This document shows positions 41,054-58,569 of a stretch of DNA of 64,000 nt, one piece after another. The stretch lies in the NCBI RefSeq assembly GCF_009914755.1, contig NC_060927.1; one strand, given 5' to 3'. The translations under genes and the position numbers were made by a program. The notes below the pieces were generated by a model, which searched no databases, was not told the origin of the DNA, and worked only from the letters and a program-made list of their open reading frames with translations. Position 1 is the stretch's first letter; every line of letters begins with the position of its first letter. The stretch comes from the human T2T-CHM13v2.0 reference genome, Homo sapiens.

Positions 41054-42154
41054 TCAGACCACAAATGGTTATTTAGTAAAAACAATAACCCCTAACACAG
41101 GCTATGTAGTATATATGTTGATGTCGCGGCAATGGTAAATGATGTTCTTCATCCAAAAGAACTATAAGTATTGGATATTTTATGTCAAAAATCTGAAAAA
41201 AAGGCTATTGGTTCATTTTTTAATCAATTACCATATGCCAACAAACCTGTTACAAGTTATACATTTTCCAAAACCTCTAGTAGGTCCTATGGTGGGTATA
41301 AGAGCATAAGACATTCTAAACTATTTCAAAGAATGAGTTTATAGAGGAAAAGACACTCTACCTGCCCCAACAGAGGTTAATTTTGACCATCCTCACTCGG
41401 TCTTCCGTTGTGTCAATTCTGTTTTTCATCAGCTAATGATCACCTGACTCCTCCAGCAGTAAATCACAAAGTTCCTCCTTATTCCAACAACTTCCAATTA
41501 TTCTGTTGCAGCCATTTTCCTTTCATGTGATCTGCTCTACTTTTTCATAAGAAAATTGGAGGCCGGACATTTTGAGTGTTCTTGCTCCTGGTTTTGGTTC
41601 ATTATTTCTTTAAGCTCTCTACACTCGCAGTTTGTTCTAATCAAACTCAGCCCTTTACAGTGACCTGTGTTTATTACGGTGTCTCTCTTTTTCCAACCAG
41701 CAGGCCATTTCCCATACATACCCCACCATTCCTTCAGGTATAATTGAGAGGCCTACCATTCACTATATATATATTTTTAAAAAATCATGTCAATTCCCCA
41801 CCCCAACCCTGTTTTCCCTAAAATCCTTTCCCTCATTTTGAAACTCTTATTGGGATTTAAGTCAATGACACATTGTTTGGAATCTTTTTTTATTTAATTG
41901 ATTAAAGCATTAGCATTAGCAATTTGTTTCTTCAATCAGGTTGGCATTTGTGATGCAGAGTAAGAGTGTTGCTGAGTGTGCTTGAAAAGTTGCAAGGCTC
42001 ATGTGGAAGTAACAGAGGTGAAGTTACACCTTGTGATAGAAAAGTCTAGGATAATTTGGGTCATTATGCCGGCACCTGTCTGATGATCTGTTTATATGAC
42101 ATATGGAATGGCTATGAATTAAACTTATATAGAGATTCCAAATTCTAAGTTTAA

Positions 42155-42640
42155 CCTATACAATCAGGATTAGTTGGGAAAACAGAATTTATGCCAGGTA
42201 GTTTGTTAGAGGAAATTTAATCCAAGGAAGATATTACAATAATGTTGGAAAGGCTGAAAAGTAAATAGTGGATGATGGCATACACTGGGGATTGGCAGTA
42301 GCAGAAAGATACTGCCATCTCCGGAACCGCGGGAGGAAGTGTTGTTACCATAGCCTGGAAGTCAGACCATGCAAAGGGAACTGCGATCATAGCAGAGGCT
42401 GCCCTGTGGAGACTGGACCCTGGAAGAGATGCAGAAGCACAGAGAAAGATGGAGAGAAATAGCCCAGCTTATTTGCTCCCACTGCCAGTCTCCCACGAGT
42501 GACTCTCACTGACTGAGCCTAGCAGGAAATCAGTTAGCAAGGACACAGGAAAATTTACTTTGTAGCATCAACAACCTGTGATACAGAGCTGAGCAGGTGA
42601 AGCATAGGGAATAAATTTGAGACCAAACAAGCAATTGGCT
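42155..42640 (-). mobile_element. Old MaLR LTR (MLT1K/N-like)
   Basis: 'cactgccagtctccc...cactgactgagccta...ggaaatcagttagcaagg...cctgtgatacagagc...tttgagaccaaacaagcaa'. Confidence 0.65.
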
Positions 42641-42696
42641 TTTGTATCTTTACCTATGTTCTTTTATCTACCTATCAATTTGCTATCAATAAATAA

Positions 42697-42766
42697 ATAT
42701 ATACATATATATACACATATATATATACATATATATATATACACACACACACATATATATATATAC

Positions 42767-42801
<35 letters not shown>

Positions 42802-42802
42802 T
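42697..42802. repeat. Compound (TA)n(CA)n microsatellite with two TA/CA blocks
   Basis: Read directly from the sequence. Confidence 0.95.
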
Positions 42803-44224
42803 ACAACCTATATACTTTGAAATACAATCGGGGCATAGTTTGCAAAGGGCTGTAACACATAATAAATTGAAAAATTTTGGTGACTGTCATTACTATATTC
42901 AAATAATTTTCATGTGTGTATGCATAATTCTTTATAATCCAGGAAGGGTTTTTACAGCATTTTCCTTGAGAAGATAAATTCCAAGTTTAAAGTATCTTCA
43001 TCAGACTCTACCTTTACACATTACTTAAGAACTCTGGCAAAAAAGTTTAATTCTATGTTTATTATTCGCTCTGCTATCTCCCACCCTCTGTGGCCACCTC
43101 CTACATACTGACAAAAACTACTCTTCTATGCTAAGCTTTATTCTCATTGTATTTTGTTATTTCACTTCTCACTTTTCCTTCAAGCAAAAGTGTTCTGCTT
43201 CAAGAATAGGTTTTCCTCACTCTCCAAAGTAAAGGTAAAGGCAACTAAATTTCATTAAGTGCAACCGCTCTGTGTAGTTTACCTTGGGTTCAGTATTGGA
43301 GTCTGTATACCCTAAACTATAAGTGAAAGTGGTTGTATCATTTTTTACATATTCAAAGCTTTCTGGCACTCAATCCAAAGACTAATAATGCTATTTCAAA
43401 AAGTAACAGCACTTCTGATAAAATTGCTCATAAAATATATGAACCTTTACTGAACTGTATTATTCAATACTTTCCTTGCTATTATATTGGAACATGGAGA
43501 CAATATTGAAAACATTCTCATTAGAGTCCTTGTTTCTTCGGGAAAAGCTTGTTCTAAAGAAAAATCTCACACCTCCATGTTCCCTTATTGAGTCACCGCT
43601 TGCTGATCAGCTTTTCCTTTTCATTCAAGTGTTGCCTATCACACAGCTCATCTAAAAGTACTGTCAAGGTTTGCGTCATTAAACTGCAATAGATGACAGT
43701 AAAAACAGCACTTGAGACAAATGAAAACAGCAATACCTGTTATTACCAAATACACTTTTCAGTTATCATTACAGAACGAAATGATAAAAAAGCTGAGTGA
43801 CAAAGGACTGTTTGTTAGCAACAGCATCCTAAGTATAAACTAGAGGCATCAGAAGAGAATTAAAGATGACAAGTCCGACCTCTTTAGTAAAATCTCTGGT
43901 CAGAAGAACAAATAAGCAGCACATAACTAAGCATAAAACACTGAGCTATAGGAAAAAGCATGCCGCATAAGGTACAGCATCTAAAATTTCTTCAGCTTTA
44001 GTCTTATTCTTTAAAAACTACATCAGCACAATTCTACACAAAACAAATATATATGATATATTCTCAGTGACTCATAAAATGGGAACATGGTATGTATTAC
44101 GACTTTAACTTATTTATTAGTTCTGAGGAATCATTATAATAGCTATTTAATTATATTTAATGTTAATGAAACACTACTATATATTAAAAAAGCTGCTTTT
44201 CAAACATATAACAATGAAAATAGC

Positions 44225-44440
44225 AAGCACTTATATAGCTATAATGAGCTAGGTATGTTCTACTTAACTATATTAACTCATTCTATCTTCAAAATAACTG
44301 AATTTTTCATCCCTGTTTTATAGATAAGGAAACAGAAGCACAAGGATATTAAGAAACTTCTTCAAAGTTATACTACTGGATACGACTGAAATGGATTCAA
44401 CCATAGACAGACACATTTCTGAATTTCTGGTCTCAACCAC
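44225..44440 (-). mobile_element. MIR
   Basis: 'catccctgttttatagataaggaaacagaagcacaagg...ggattcaacc'. Confidence 0.75.
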
Positions 44441-47122
44441 CACACCTTGGGTTAGGTATTTACAAGGTTCAGGTGTTTTGTTGTAAGACACATGGTCAAA
44501 CAATTTATAGGGACAAGGAAGAATGGGTCAGGTGTGGCTTGGTGGAATAAGAAATCAAGGTACTGGGAAAGTCTTAAGATAATGAAACATTTATTTAAGG
44601 CAAACTGTTACAAAGAACTTAGCTAAGAACTGGATATACTGATGTGAATAAAGTTTTCGTTGAATTTACAGTCCCCTTTTTCATAAATTTGTAAACTAGT
44701 GGAGGAACTTACATTCTATTGGGTACAATTAACTTATCGTCAAATGCGTTATTACTGAATTCCTAGGAAGGGTGCACTATTCAGTTGAAAAGAGGAGAAG
44801 CCCATAAAATCAAGGTTTTACAATCTTCTTAAGACCATATAATCAAAAATGACCTAATTAATCCTAGAGAATTAAGAATTATTTAATCTAATATTATGGT
44901 TTCATAGATAATTACATCTTTTAATCATCTCTTTTTACAACTTATTGGGTTCCCCCAAAATGCCTTTTCCTCTTCTGAGTCTTCCCCATGAAGTTTTCTA
45001 TCTAGTGTGCTTCTAAATCACCTTCCTTCAAATTTCCATCCATCCTCCATTCCTGGTTCATAACTAATGATTTCATAAAGTTTTCTCTTATTTCTCAGTT
45101 TGAAATATTTTTCTCATACACTCACACCACTCTGCTCATGCTTGGTTGATAGGTGTTTTCGTATTCTACATTATATGGCATTCGTATACAGACTTTGCTT
45201 ATCTCCACCCCTGTATTAAGGGCTACTTGGGAACAACATCTACTTTGTTTATCTATCTGTCTCCAACAGTATTTGGCATAGTTCCCAATAACAAATAGAT
45301 GTTTATTAAATAATTATTGAATTGGATATTCCTGATAAAAAGATGGTCTACAGCAAAGTTTATTTATTTTAATGCAAAATCTCAACACTATGTAAAGAGA
45401 ATAATATTTGTTTGCTTAAAGCAACTTGAAATAGGGTTAACTATTGACAGTTTTATTATTGTATATTATATGCATATGTATATGAATCTTTATATACATA
45501 GATAACAATGTATTCTATTCTTACCTCAAGGCATCTTATTTTTAGGAATTACCTAACTTTCATGGTTTTAAATTTGCCACTCAAGACTGCATTATTACAG
45601 AGTTTTGCATTTTTTTATAAAATTAGATGCAAAAACATGCTAATGTATCATTAAGACTGAGATTGTAATTACACAGGAGTCAGAAAACTCTCTGTTAAAG
45701 TTCCCAAAGCAACAATAATTCTTTTCTTGAAAATATCAATGAAAAAATATATTTTTAAAATTTGTTTTCCTGTGGTGTTAAAAGCCTAAACACAAAGGAA
45801 ACTTGAGGTAATATTTGAGAACCAGGAAATAAAGTGAAAAATCTAAACATGGAGAAATTACACTATCTTAAATAATTACATTTTTTTAAAAGAAAAAAAA
45901 TTACTTCTTTGATAAAAAGTCAACTTGAATATAAAGTATTTTTAAGCTTCAATAATGTAAGGTGTTAGTTAATAAGTGAGAAAATATTTTCTAAGATATG
46001 TAATTTGGGTCTTGCCTGAGACCATCTAGCTATAGAAATGCTCTAGTAATGCTACTACATTAAATTAATGTTTGTAATTAGACTAAAATTTTAACACCAT
46101 AAATCCCACTACAGCTATTTATTTTCAAACTGTTAAGGATCTATGGTTATTTTCACGACAGTGTGATTTACATTTGTATTTCCTCTGTTTCAGGTCTACC
46201 ATTTTGACAATGTAGACACTGTCTAATTAGCTCCATTTAAAATTCTGATTTAGTTGTATCCAGTCACAATAAACACACACACACTGCTAATAACAAAATG
46301 TGTTTGACAGTTCTGTACTTAGAAAAACTGCAATAAATGTTTTGGTTTGTTTAGGGTATGACATATCAAAATAGTGACTTATTGACAATCTCCACTGGGT
46401 GAAATAAACACTACAAATTATAAATCTTCATCCTTTATTATTTAGGATTTTCTATGGTATTTCACAAATAGCCAGAGTTTTATTCCTTGATAGTTATTCA
46501 AGTAAATATGTTATCTATCAATCAACCATCGACTCTTACGTTTATGAAAACAGAGTGAAATAATAAACATGAGCCTACCAGAAAAGAGAATTTAACTGAA
46601 GAATTGCAAAGAAAAAGCAAAGACATTTCTAAAGTGTGTCACTCACATTGTACGCGACCACAATAATCCAAAAAATTCCTGATCAATCATCACGAATTTA
46701 AATCATTAATCTGGTGAATGAAAATCACAATGACAAAATAACTGTGTAACTTTGGTGTAGAGAACTGGACTATGTTGCTTTGCTGTAAAATCTAAATTCC
46801 ACCATTTTGCATGCCTCAGTGATAGAAAGAGTGTCATTTGGTTTTTGAAACTTCATCAAGATCTGTCAGTCAGTCAATTCACAGTGAGAAACTCACAAGA
46901 AACTTGATGGTAAACATGAATATGCAAACAAACGTTGTAGCCTTTGTAACAATCTCCAAATGACCACTTAGCTCACATAAGGATAACATCAGACCTATAC
47001 ACTTTTAATTAAGTGAAATCTCTAAACTCTGTGCCATTATATTTTTAAATAATCTAAGATAAAATAGACAAAGAGAAGTAGTACCCAAAGATGGAGAATT
47101 TAGAAGCCATAACAAAGTAGAT

Positions 47123-47220
47123 ACTTGCCTCATATTCATGACTTTTTCTCGGACAACAGTTTTTTAAAAAACAGGAATAGCAACTTACCTAAAAAGAGAA
47201 TGAGAAAAAAAAACAAAAAA
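47123..47220 (-). other. Candidate recursive splice site (3'ss/5'ss overlap) with a possible 60-nt RS-exon
   Basis: Minus strand: ttttttgtttttttttctcattctctttttAG|GTAAGT (junction 47189/47188); GAG|GCAAGT lies 60 nt downstream (47129/47128). Confidence 0.4.
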
Positions 47221-49529
47221 CTGGTTACTATAAGAGAATTGTAAAGACATCATAAAGAAAGTATGACATATGCTAACAGTCAGAATCTGGCCTAACCACA
47301 TAGATAAGTCATGCAATTCCACGAAGTGCTTCTACTATAATTTTCTATGCCTTATACCAAGTTCCTTGTGTTCTTATCCCCTGCCTGCTTTCTCCAATGC
47401 ACCTTCACTTCACCCCAATCTTTGCAGGCATTTTATTCTCAGGCATTTATAACAGTTTGCATTTGTTAATACTCAACTGTTATCTCAAAAAATGTGTATT
47501 TTCATTCATAATAAAAAATCAAGAAATTCAGCCGAGATTCCAGATTTTACCTCTTACAGGAGTGCTACCTTGATCAAGAAAATCTGTGAATGGAAGGCAA
47601 TTGAATAATTGAACTTAAATCTGCTTTTAGCTTCCGAATCCTAAATTGTTGAGAGAAGGCAACTGGAGTGGTCAAGAGAAAAAAATTGAAATAAAAATTT
47701 CAGATTGACTGATTCAACTAGGATAAATCTGGGGGAGACAGGCCCATCCCGTGCCACTTTCTATTTTATTCCCTAGGATTACCTATTCTGTGTATAGGCA
47801 AGGCTGATTTAGCAGCCAAAGTTCTGGGCTCATAAAAAGCTTATAGAATGCTGTAACATGGGATTTATATGACTGTAATATCATCTGTGAATTATAGAAG
47901 AGTGAGATTGGAGGTAAAAATGGGATTGTGGGAATGAACTGGGATGCTTTTGTAAAATAGATCCAGTTTCCCTGGGATAATTTCAAAACTTCTAGGTTCA
48001 AAGGCCAATACTGCTCAGTGCACTTGTCATATGGAATACCAGTCAGAACATATAGGAAATTTGTGTGCCAACAAGAACTCATGAGCAAACAAACTATGGC
48101 GTGGGAAGCAGGGAAAGGACTGGCTCTCCCAGGCAGGTGCTGCAGTGTTTGCAAATCACCTAGTGCAACCTCCATTTTCCTGGAAACCAGCTTGGAAAAT
48201 TCCCTAGGTGCACAACATTTATGTTTCTCCTGCTGCAAGCTGAAGTGTTCATTTTATGCATTGACTAATTTATGAGTTTAGTGAGAAATTCTTTGTAAAA
48301 TAAATTCTAGAAAAGAGAGAACCTGAAAACAAATTCCCTCTGCGCAACATGTGTATATGGTCCCATTAGCAGTAGCACAGTGGGCAATCGATTAGGGAAG
48401 GAAAAATGGCTTTTTTTATGGTAATGGATTTTGAGCCTCCTGGTGATAATTTATTTACTAGAAATTTTGCAGAGCTGGCTAGCACACTGATGAAAATCCT
48501 CTGAACATGTTCATTTAAAAAGCGGAAAAAACCAGTTTGGCTTATTTTTGAGAAATATTGTTATTAAATCATTGAAAACATATTGATAAAATATTCCTGA
48601 AAGCTACAGTCCTGTAATTTATAATAGAAATTACATTGCTATTGACAAATGGCAATTTAATCTCACAATTAACTATAACAATTTGAATTTCTCTGTTGCA
48701 ATTTTTTTGTTTTTAGAAAAACCTTGGCAGACATTCAGCAATGTTGTGCTAGGATAGTCAGCAGTGCTGGCTTTCTTTAAAAGCAGTCCATCTCTTTTTT
48801 GTTTTTATGTTTATACAGAGTTATACTATCCTACAAACCAAGATGTAAAACAAGAGATCTTTTATCTTGACTTGCAACCCCTGTGATATCTTGAGATAAA
48901 GGGAATTTCTCTACTTCAACTTTCTTTGACATGCAAAGACAGAATAGCAATTTGGCCCAGTTCAAAGAACGTAAACATCAGAATTAGCATGGCCTATATT
49001 TGTATTTCGCTTCCATCATGCATTGGCTCTGTGACATAAGTAAATGCAGCTCATTTATTGAACCTCTGGTTCCTTTATTTGTAAGATGGAGAAAACATCT
49101 ACCTTGGAAAGAACATGGAAGGAAGGTACACATATGCCATGTACCTACCCTTATGTCATGTCCATTAAGCCCATGTCCTGCTTTCCCCTTCAAAAAATGA
49201 GAATTTCAGGTGCTGGCATCTTTTTTCACTTTCCATTATGGGGGGCCTCTCTCTTCCACTTAACTCAGAATGGGAGAGTAAAGTATTCATTAACAGGGGC
49301 AATCTAACACCCATTTCTTTCTACCCATATGCATAAGCTACTCCCTGATTTGGGAATCACATGAATACTGGACAGTAGAAAAAAAGACATTAGAAATAGT
49401 TATTCATAAAGGTTCTTTTCTGGTTGGTCTTGTTAATATCTAATTATGAAACTATTTTAGCAATGGAGCTGAGGAGTGGCAAAAGGATAATAAAGAATCT
49501 TGACTTTAAAGATTTAGGGATTTCATGCA

Positions 49530-52950
<3,421 letters not shown>

Positions 52951-53053
52951 TCCCATGGTTAAGGAAGAAAAAAATGATAGAAGGAAAGGAGGGAAAAAAG
53001 GAGAAAGAGAATGTGAAAGAAAGAATGAAGTTAAAGAAATACTTGGCAGTTAG

Positions 53054-54307
<1,254 letters not shown>

Positions 54308-54362
54308 ACAATGAGAACACAAGGACACAGGAAGGGGAACATCACACACCAGGGCCTGTTGT

Positions 54363-54384
54363 GGGGTAGGGGGAGGGGGTAGGG
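54363..54384 (+). other. G-quadruplex motif of the L1 3' UTR
   Basis: GGGG-TA-GGGGG-A-GGGGG-TA-GGG. Confidence 0.75.
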
Positions 54385-54929
54385 ATAGCATTAGGAGATA
54401 TACCTAATGCTAAATGATGAGTGAATGGGTGCAGCACACCAACATGGCACATATATATATATGTAACAAACCTGCACGTTGTGCACATGTACCCTAAAAC
54501 TTAAAGTATAATAATAATAAAATTTAAAAAAAGAGAAATACTTGGCAGTTATATAAAAAGAGCTCAAGTATTAGACAAGTGTAAGTATTTTGTATATGTT
54601 GTGCTCATTAAAGATAAGGCCCAAACTTGGCTCAACAAACCCAAGATTTCTAACTAGTGCTACCCTGGTCAGGTGAGATGGTCCTTGAGTTTCTGGAACC
54701 AAGGTTAGCCTATCTCTGACTCCCTGGAAACTCTGCGTGTGATCTAGATTATATCTCTGTGTACTGGGGCCACAGAGCCACTCTCAGGTTTGGTGAATCC
54801 CTTGAGTCATAGACCACAGCCAAGTCTCTTCACTGCTCCATAGGAAGTAGGTATCAAGAAGGATCCTGAAACTACTAAGTCTGAAAGTCCTTTTAAATTT
54901 ATTTATTTTAATGGTTCCAATCCTGTCTC

Positions 54930-55105
54930 TGTCTCAGAATTATCTGAGGAGAGATTTAAAATTATGCATGTGAAAACCCTACATCAGCTGTATTGCTAGA
55001 GAATCTCCAGGGGTACAGACAATGAATCTATCTTTTGGCAAGTTCTACGGGTGCTTCTAGCATAGCCAGACTGGTACCAGGAGAACTGGCCTTTGAGAGC
55101 CACCC
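54930..55105. mobile_element. MER5B-like hAT MITE fragment
   Basis: 'cagaattatctgaggag...agaatctccagggg...gaatctatcttttggcaagttctacgggtgcttct...tttgagagccac'. Confidence 0.55.
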
Positions 55106-55614
55106 ATGTATTTCACCTCCCACTCAGTGTATAGTGTTCTCCCAACAGCTGTTCAGCACTTTGTAGAGTGATTTCAGAAACAATGGAAGAAAAAGACGCT
55201 CGCAAATTGAGAGGATCATGCAATCTCATGTTCTCTTTGCTAAATAAGCCTTCCCCTACCCCTTCCACGATTAGGTTGCCAGTAACAGAAGTTTACTAAC
55301 TTTCAGTTCTCTATATAATTGAGGTTGTCTGAGGTCAGAGAGATACAGTTGTGCAAGGTCATTGCTAAGCTTCAACCATTAGTGTGTTGATTACAAGTAT
55401 AACAAACGGCCATTAGGATAAGAAGTAAATAGTGATTTGGGGGCATTTGAATATGAATAAATAGGTGGTAGTGGGTTTGCTCCTTCTTTTCCTTAGCCTC
55501 CTACTGATGTTTTTGTCTAGTATGTGTACCAGGCTCCTTTAAAAGGCACCAATAATAGACTTTGAATATTTAAAATGCACATAAAAAATGAAATTATTTT
55601 AACAGATTTACTCA

Positions 55615-55650
55615 AATTGTATGCAAATGTAATGCATATTTAATGCAAAT
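55615..55650 (+). promoter_or_regulatory. Triple POU octamer array with a compressed Sox-Oct element
   Basis: aATTGT-ATGCAAAT-gta-ATGCATAT-tta-ATGCAAAT; octamers start at 55621, 55632 and 55643. Confidence 0.4.
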
Positions 55651-56129
55651 ATACATGTGGTTCTCTTAACTATTTCTTATGCTTCACTGTGCCCCTTAGT
55701 AAAATGCTAATGGCTCATCTGTGCCTCTTTATTCTGTTCAGCAATTAATTGTTAATATGACTTGTGGGTATCACAGCATGGCTAGGATAAAATAAAACAA
55801 AGAAAAGGTCTCAGACCTTGAGAATACTATGATCTAGTTAGAGAAAGAATATATACCTCCAAACCACTCAAATGTTCAGATTCCTGAATTACCTGTTTTA
55901 CCCTTAACCCAAGCTCTCTTCTGCTCCCTAAATGATCTTACTAAAACTCATAGGTGACCCATACTTACAATGCTCCAATGGCTTTCCAAATAATACCCCA
56001 ACTCCTTTGCATAGAATCTATGCCATCCATAATCTCTTCCCTGACTAACTAGCTCTTTGGTTTTTTGTTTTTAACTTGCATTCTGTTCTCAAGCTGTAAG
56101 CAAAGATTTGCAATCCTTTTTTGCACTAA

Positions 56130-56598
<469 letters not shown>

Positions 56599-56606
56599 TA
56601 AGATAG

Positions 56607-56833
56607 TGATATGGACAGGAGACAGGGAAATACTGGGTAGAAGAGGGCAATTCCCCAGCAAAGACCCCACCTTCAAGCCTGGAAACCTGCAGCCCTAAGT
56701 GGGAATAGGCATTCCGGTTTTTGTGCCCAAAAGTTGCCTTTTGGCCCACCACATCCCATTATCTTGTCCCCATATAAACCCCAAATCCCAGATTCCAAGA
56801 GCAAACAAGCAGATGATCAGACAAACAGAAGAG
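56607..56833 (+). mobile_element. MER50-like ERV1 LTR, 5' fragment
   Basis: Starts TGATATGGACAGGAGACAGGGAAATACTGGGTAGAAGAGGGC, the MER50 5' end as I recall it, and stops abruptly. Confidence 0.75.
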
Positions 56834-56932
56834 CTCCAAACTGTTCCAACCTCTGCTGTCATCCAGTTCCAAAGTTGCTTACACATTTTTGGGTATTTTT
56901 ACAGTAGCACCCCACTCCCAGTAACAATTTAC
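56834..56932 (-). mobile_element. THE1 internal sequence, first ~100 nt only
   Basis: 'ctccaaactgttccaacctctg...ccagttccaaagttgctt...agcaccccactcccagtaacaatttac' directly abuts the LTR. Confidence 0.85.
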
Positions 56933-57288
56933 TGTATTAGTCCACTTTCACACTGCTAATAAAGACATACCCGAGACTGGGCAATTTACAAAAGAAAGAG
57001 CTTTAATGGACTTATAGTTCCCCTTGGCTGGGGAAGCCTCACAATCATGGTGGAAGGCAAGAAGGAGCAAGTTACGTCTTACATGGATGGCAGCAGGCAA
57101 AGAGAAAGGTCTTGTGCAGGGCACCTCCCCCTTATAAAACCATCACATCTCATGAGACTTATTCACTATCACAAGAACAGCATGGGAAAGATTTGCCCCC
57201 ATGGTTTGATTACTTCCCACCAGGTCTCTCCCACAACACATGGGAATTCAAGATGTGATTTGGGTGGGGACACAGCCAAACCATATCA
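56933..57288 (-). mobile_element. THE1C-like MaLR LTR (5' LTR)
   Basis: 'tgtattagtcc...ctgctaataaagacatacccgagactggg...tcttacatggatggcagcaggcaaagag...ggggacacagccaaaccatatca'. Confidence 0.92.
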
Positions 57289-58569
57289 CAGTCCCTGGAG
57301 TGGAACTCAAAATAACACCAATGTCATCACCATATCACCACTACCAGCACCACCACCACCAATATCATCATTCCTGAAGATCTTTGCATCAGAGAGTCAG
57401 TGTTAGTGATGGAATTGTGTTCTATCCCTTGAGTGAATTGGGGGCTGAGATAGGGCATTCCTAGAACATACCAGACAGTCTGGCATATATTAGGCATGAG
57501 TGGGTATTTGGTGGATGAATGAATGAATGGGAGTGAATAAAATACAAAGAAACTAAAGCTCCGTGTGTAAAATAGTTTTTTTTTTTCCCCTAGGCTGCTG
57601 GGGTCAGACTGCTGGGAGGATTCGTTACAGCAGAAGGATCACGGTGGCATAAGACTATTAAGGAAAATTTTCTCAGAATTGGTGAGATTCTGAGCTGGAT
57701 CTTACCAAAAATATAGAATAGGCAGAGAAAATTAAAGAAAGCATTTCAGGCTAAATATACACATGGAGATGGTGTTTGAATTGCAATAGTCCAGGCTGAC
57801 TGTCACAGGGACTACCACAGAATCAAGGAAAACTATGAGTATCTTGGCTTCTGGGTTGACCCAATATTTACCATCCGGGGAGAAGGAACTACACTGAATC
57901 TATTATACAGCGGGAGTTATGCCTCCATTCATCAAAACTGACAAACCATCAAATATCCCAAGGTTCTGAAAAGCACTGTTTGAATTCTACATAGTAGACT
58001 CCCTTTACCAGTAACCGGGCACATTATAATTGTTAACAGACAAAAACAGCAAAGCTGTATAACAAGAAAGAGTAGATATTGAACATTGTCTAACAAATCA
58101 AATTCATAAGAAAACACAGAAAGCTGAAATACAGTTTCCCAAGGGGAATTGGTAATCACCTAACAGTTCAAAGTCAAACATTACAAATATTATGGAATCT
58201 TATATGGTCACAAATGATTACCTTGATTTTATATTTTATTTGAAGGAAATGATCTTGAATTATCCTTCAATGCTGTATCTAAGCCCTGGTTCAAAAACAA
58301 TTCATGAAAAAATCATTGTTTATTAAATTACTTTAACATTTAATAGAAAAATAATTGTTTTTGTTAAAATGATTGCATTCTAAAGTACGAATATCAAACA
58401 AGATGAAAATTAAAATACAATTGTTAACAGGAATTATGCTTTAATTTGTTTGTATCATTGCTTCGCAGCACTTATCAAGCATAGTGTGAATGTTTGCTGA
58501 ATAAATGAATAAATTGGTTGTAAGAGGACCACTGGGATTCCAAAAGACCAATGGAGAAACTTAAAGCTT

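Noticed and set aside
47783-48238. Longest non-L1 ORF (151 aa)
   Set aside because: Non-ATG start and no recognisable homology or domain.
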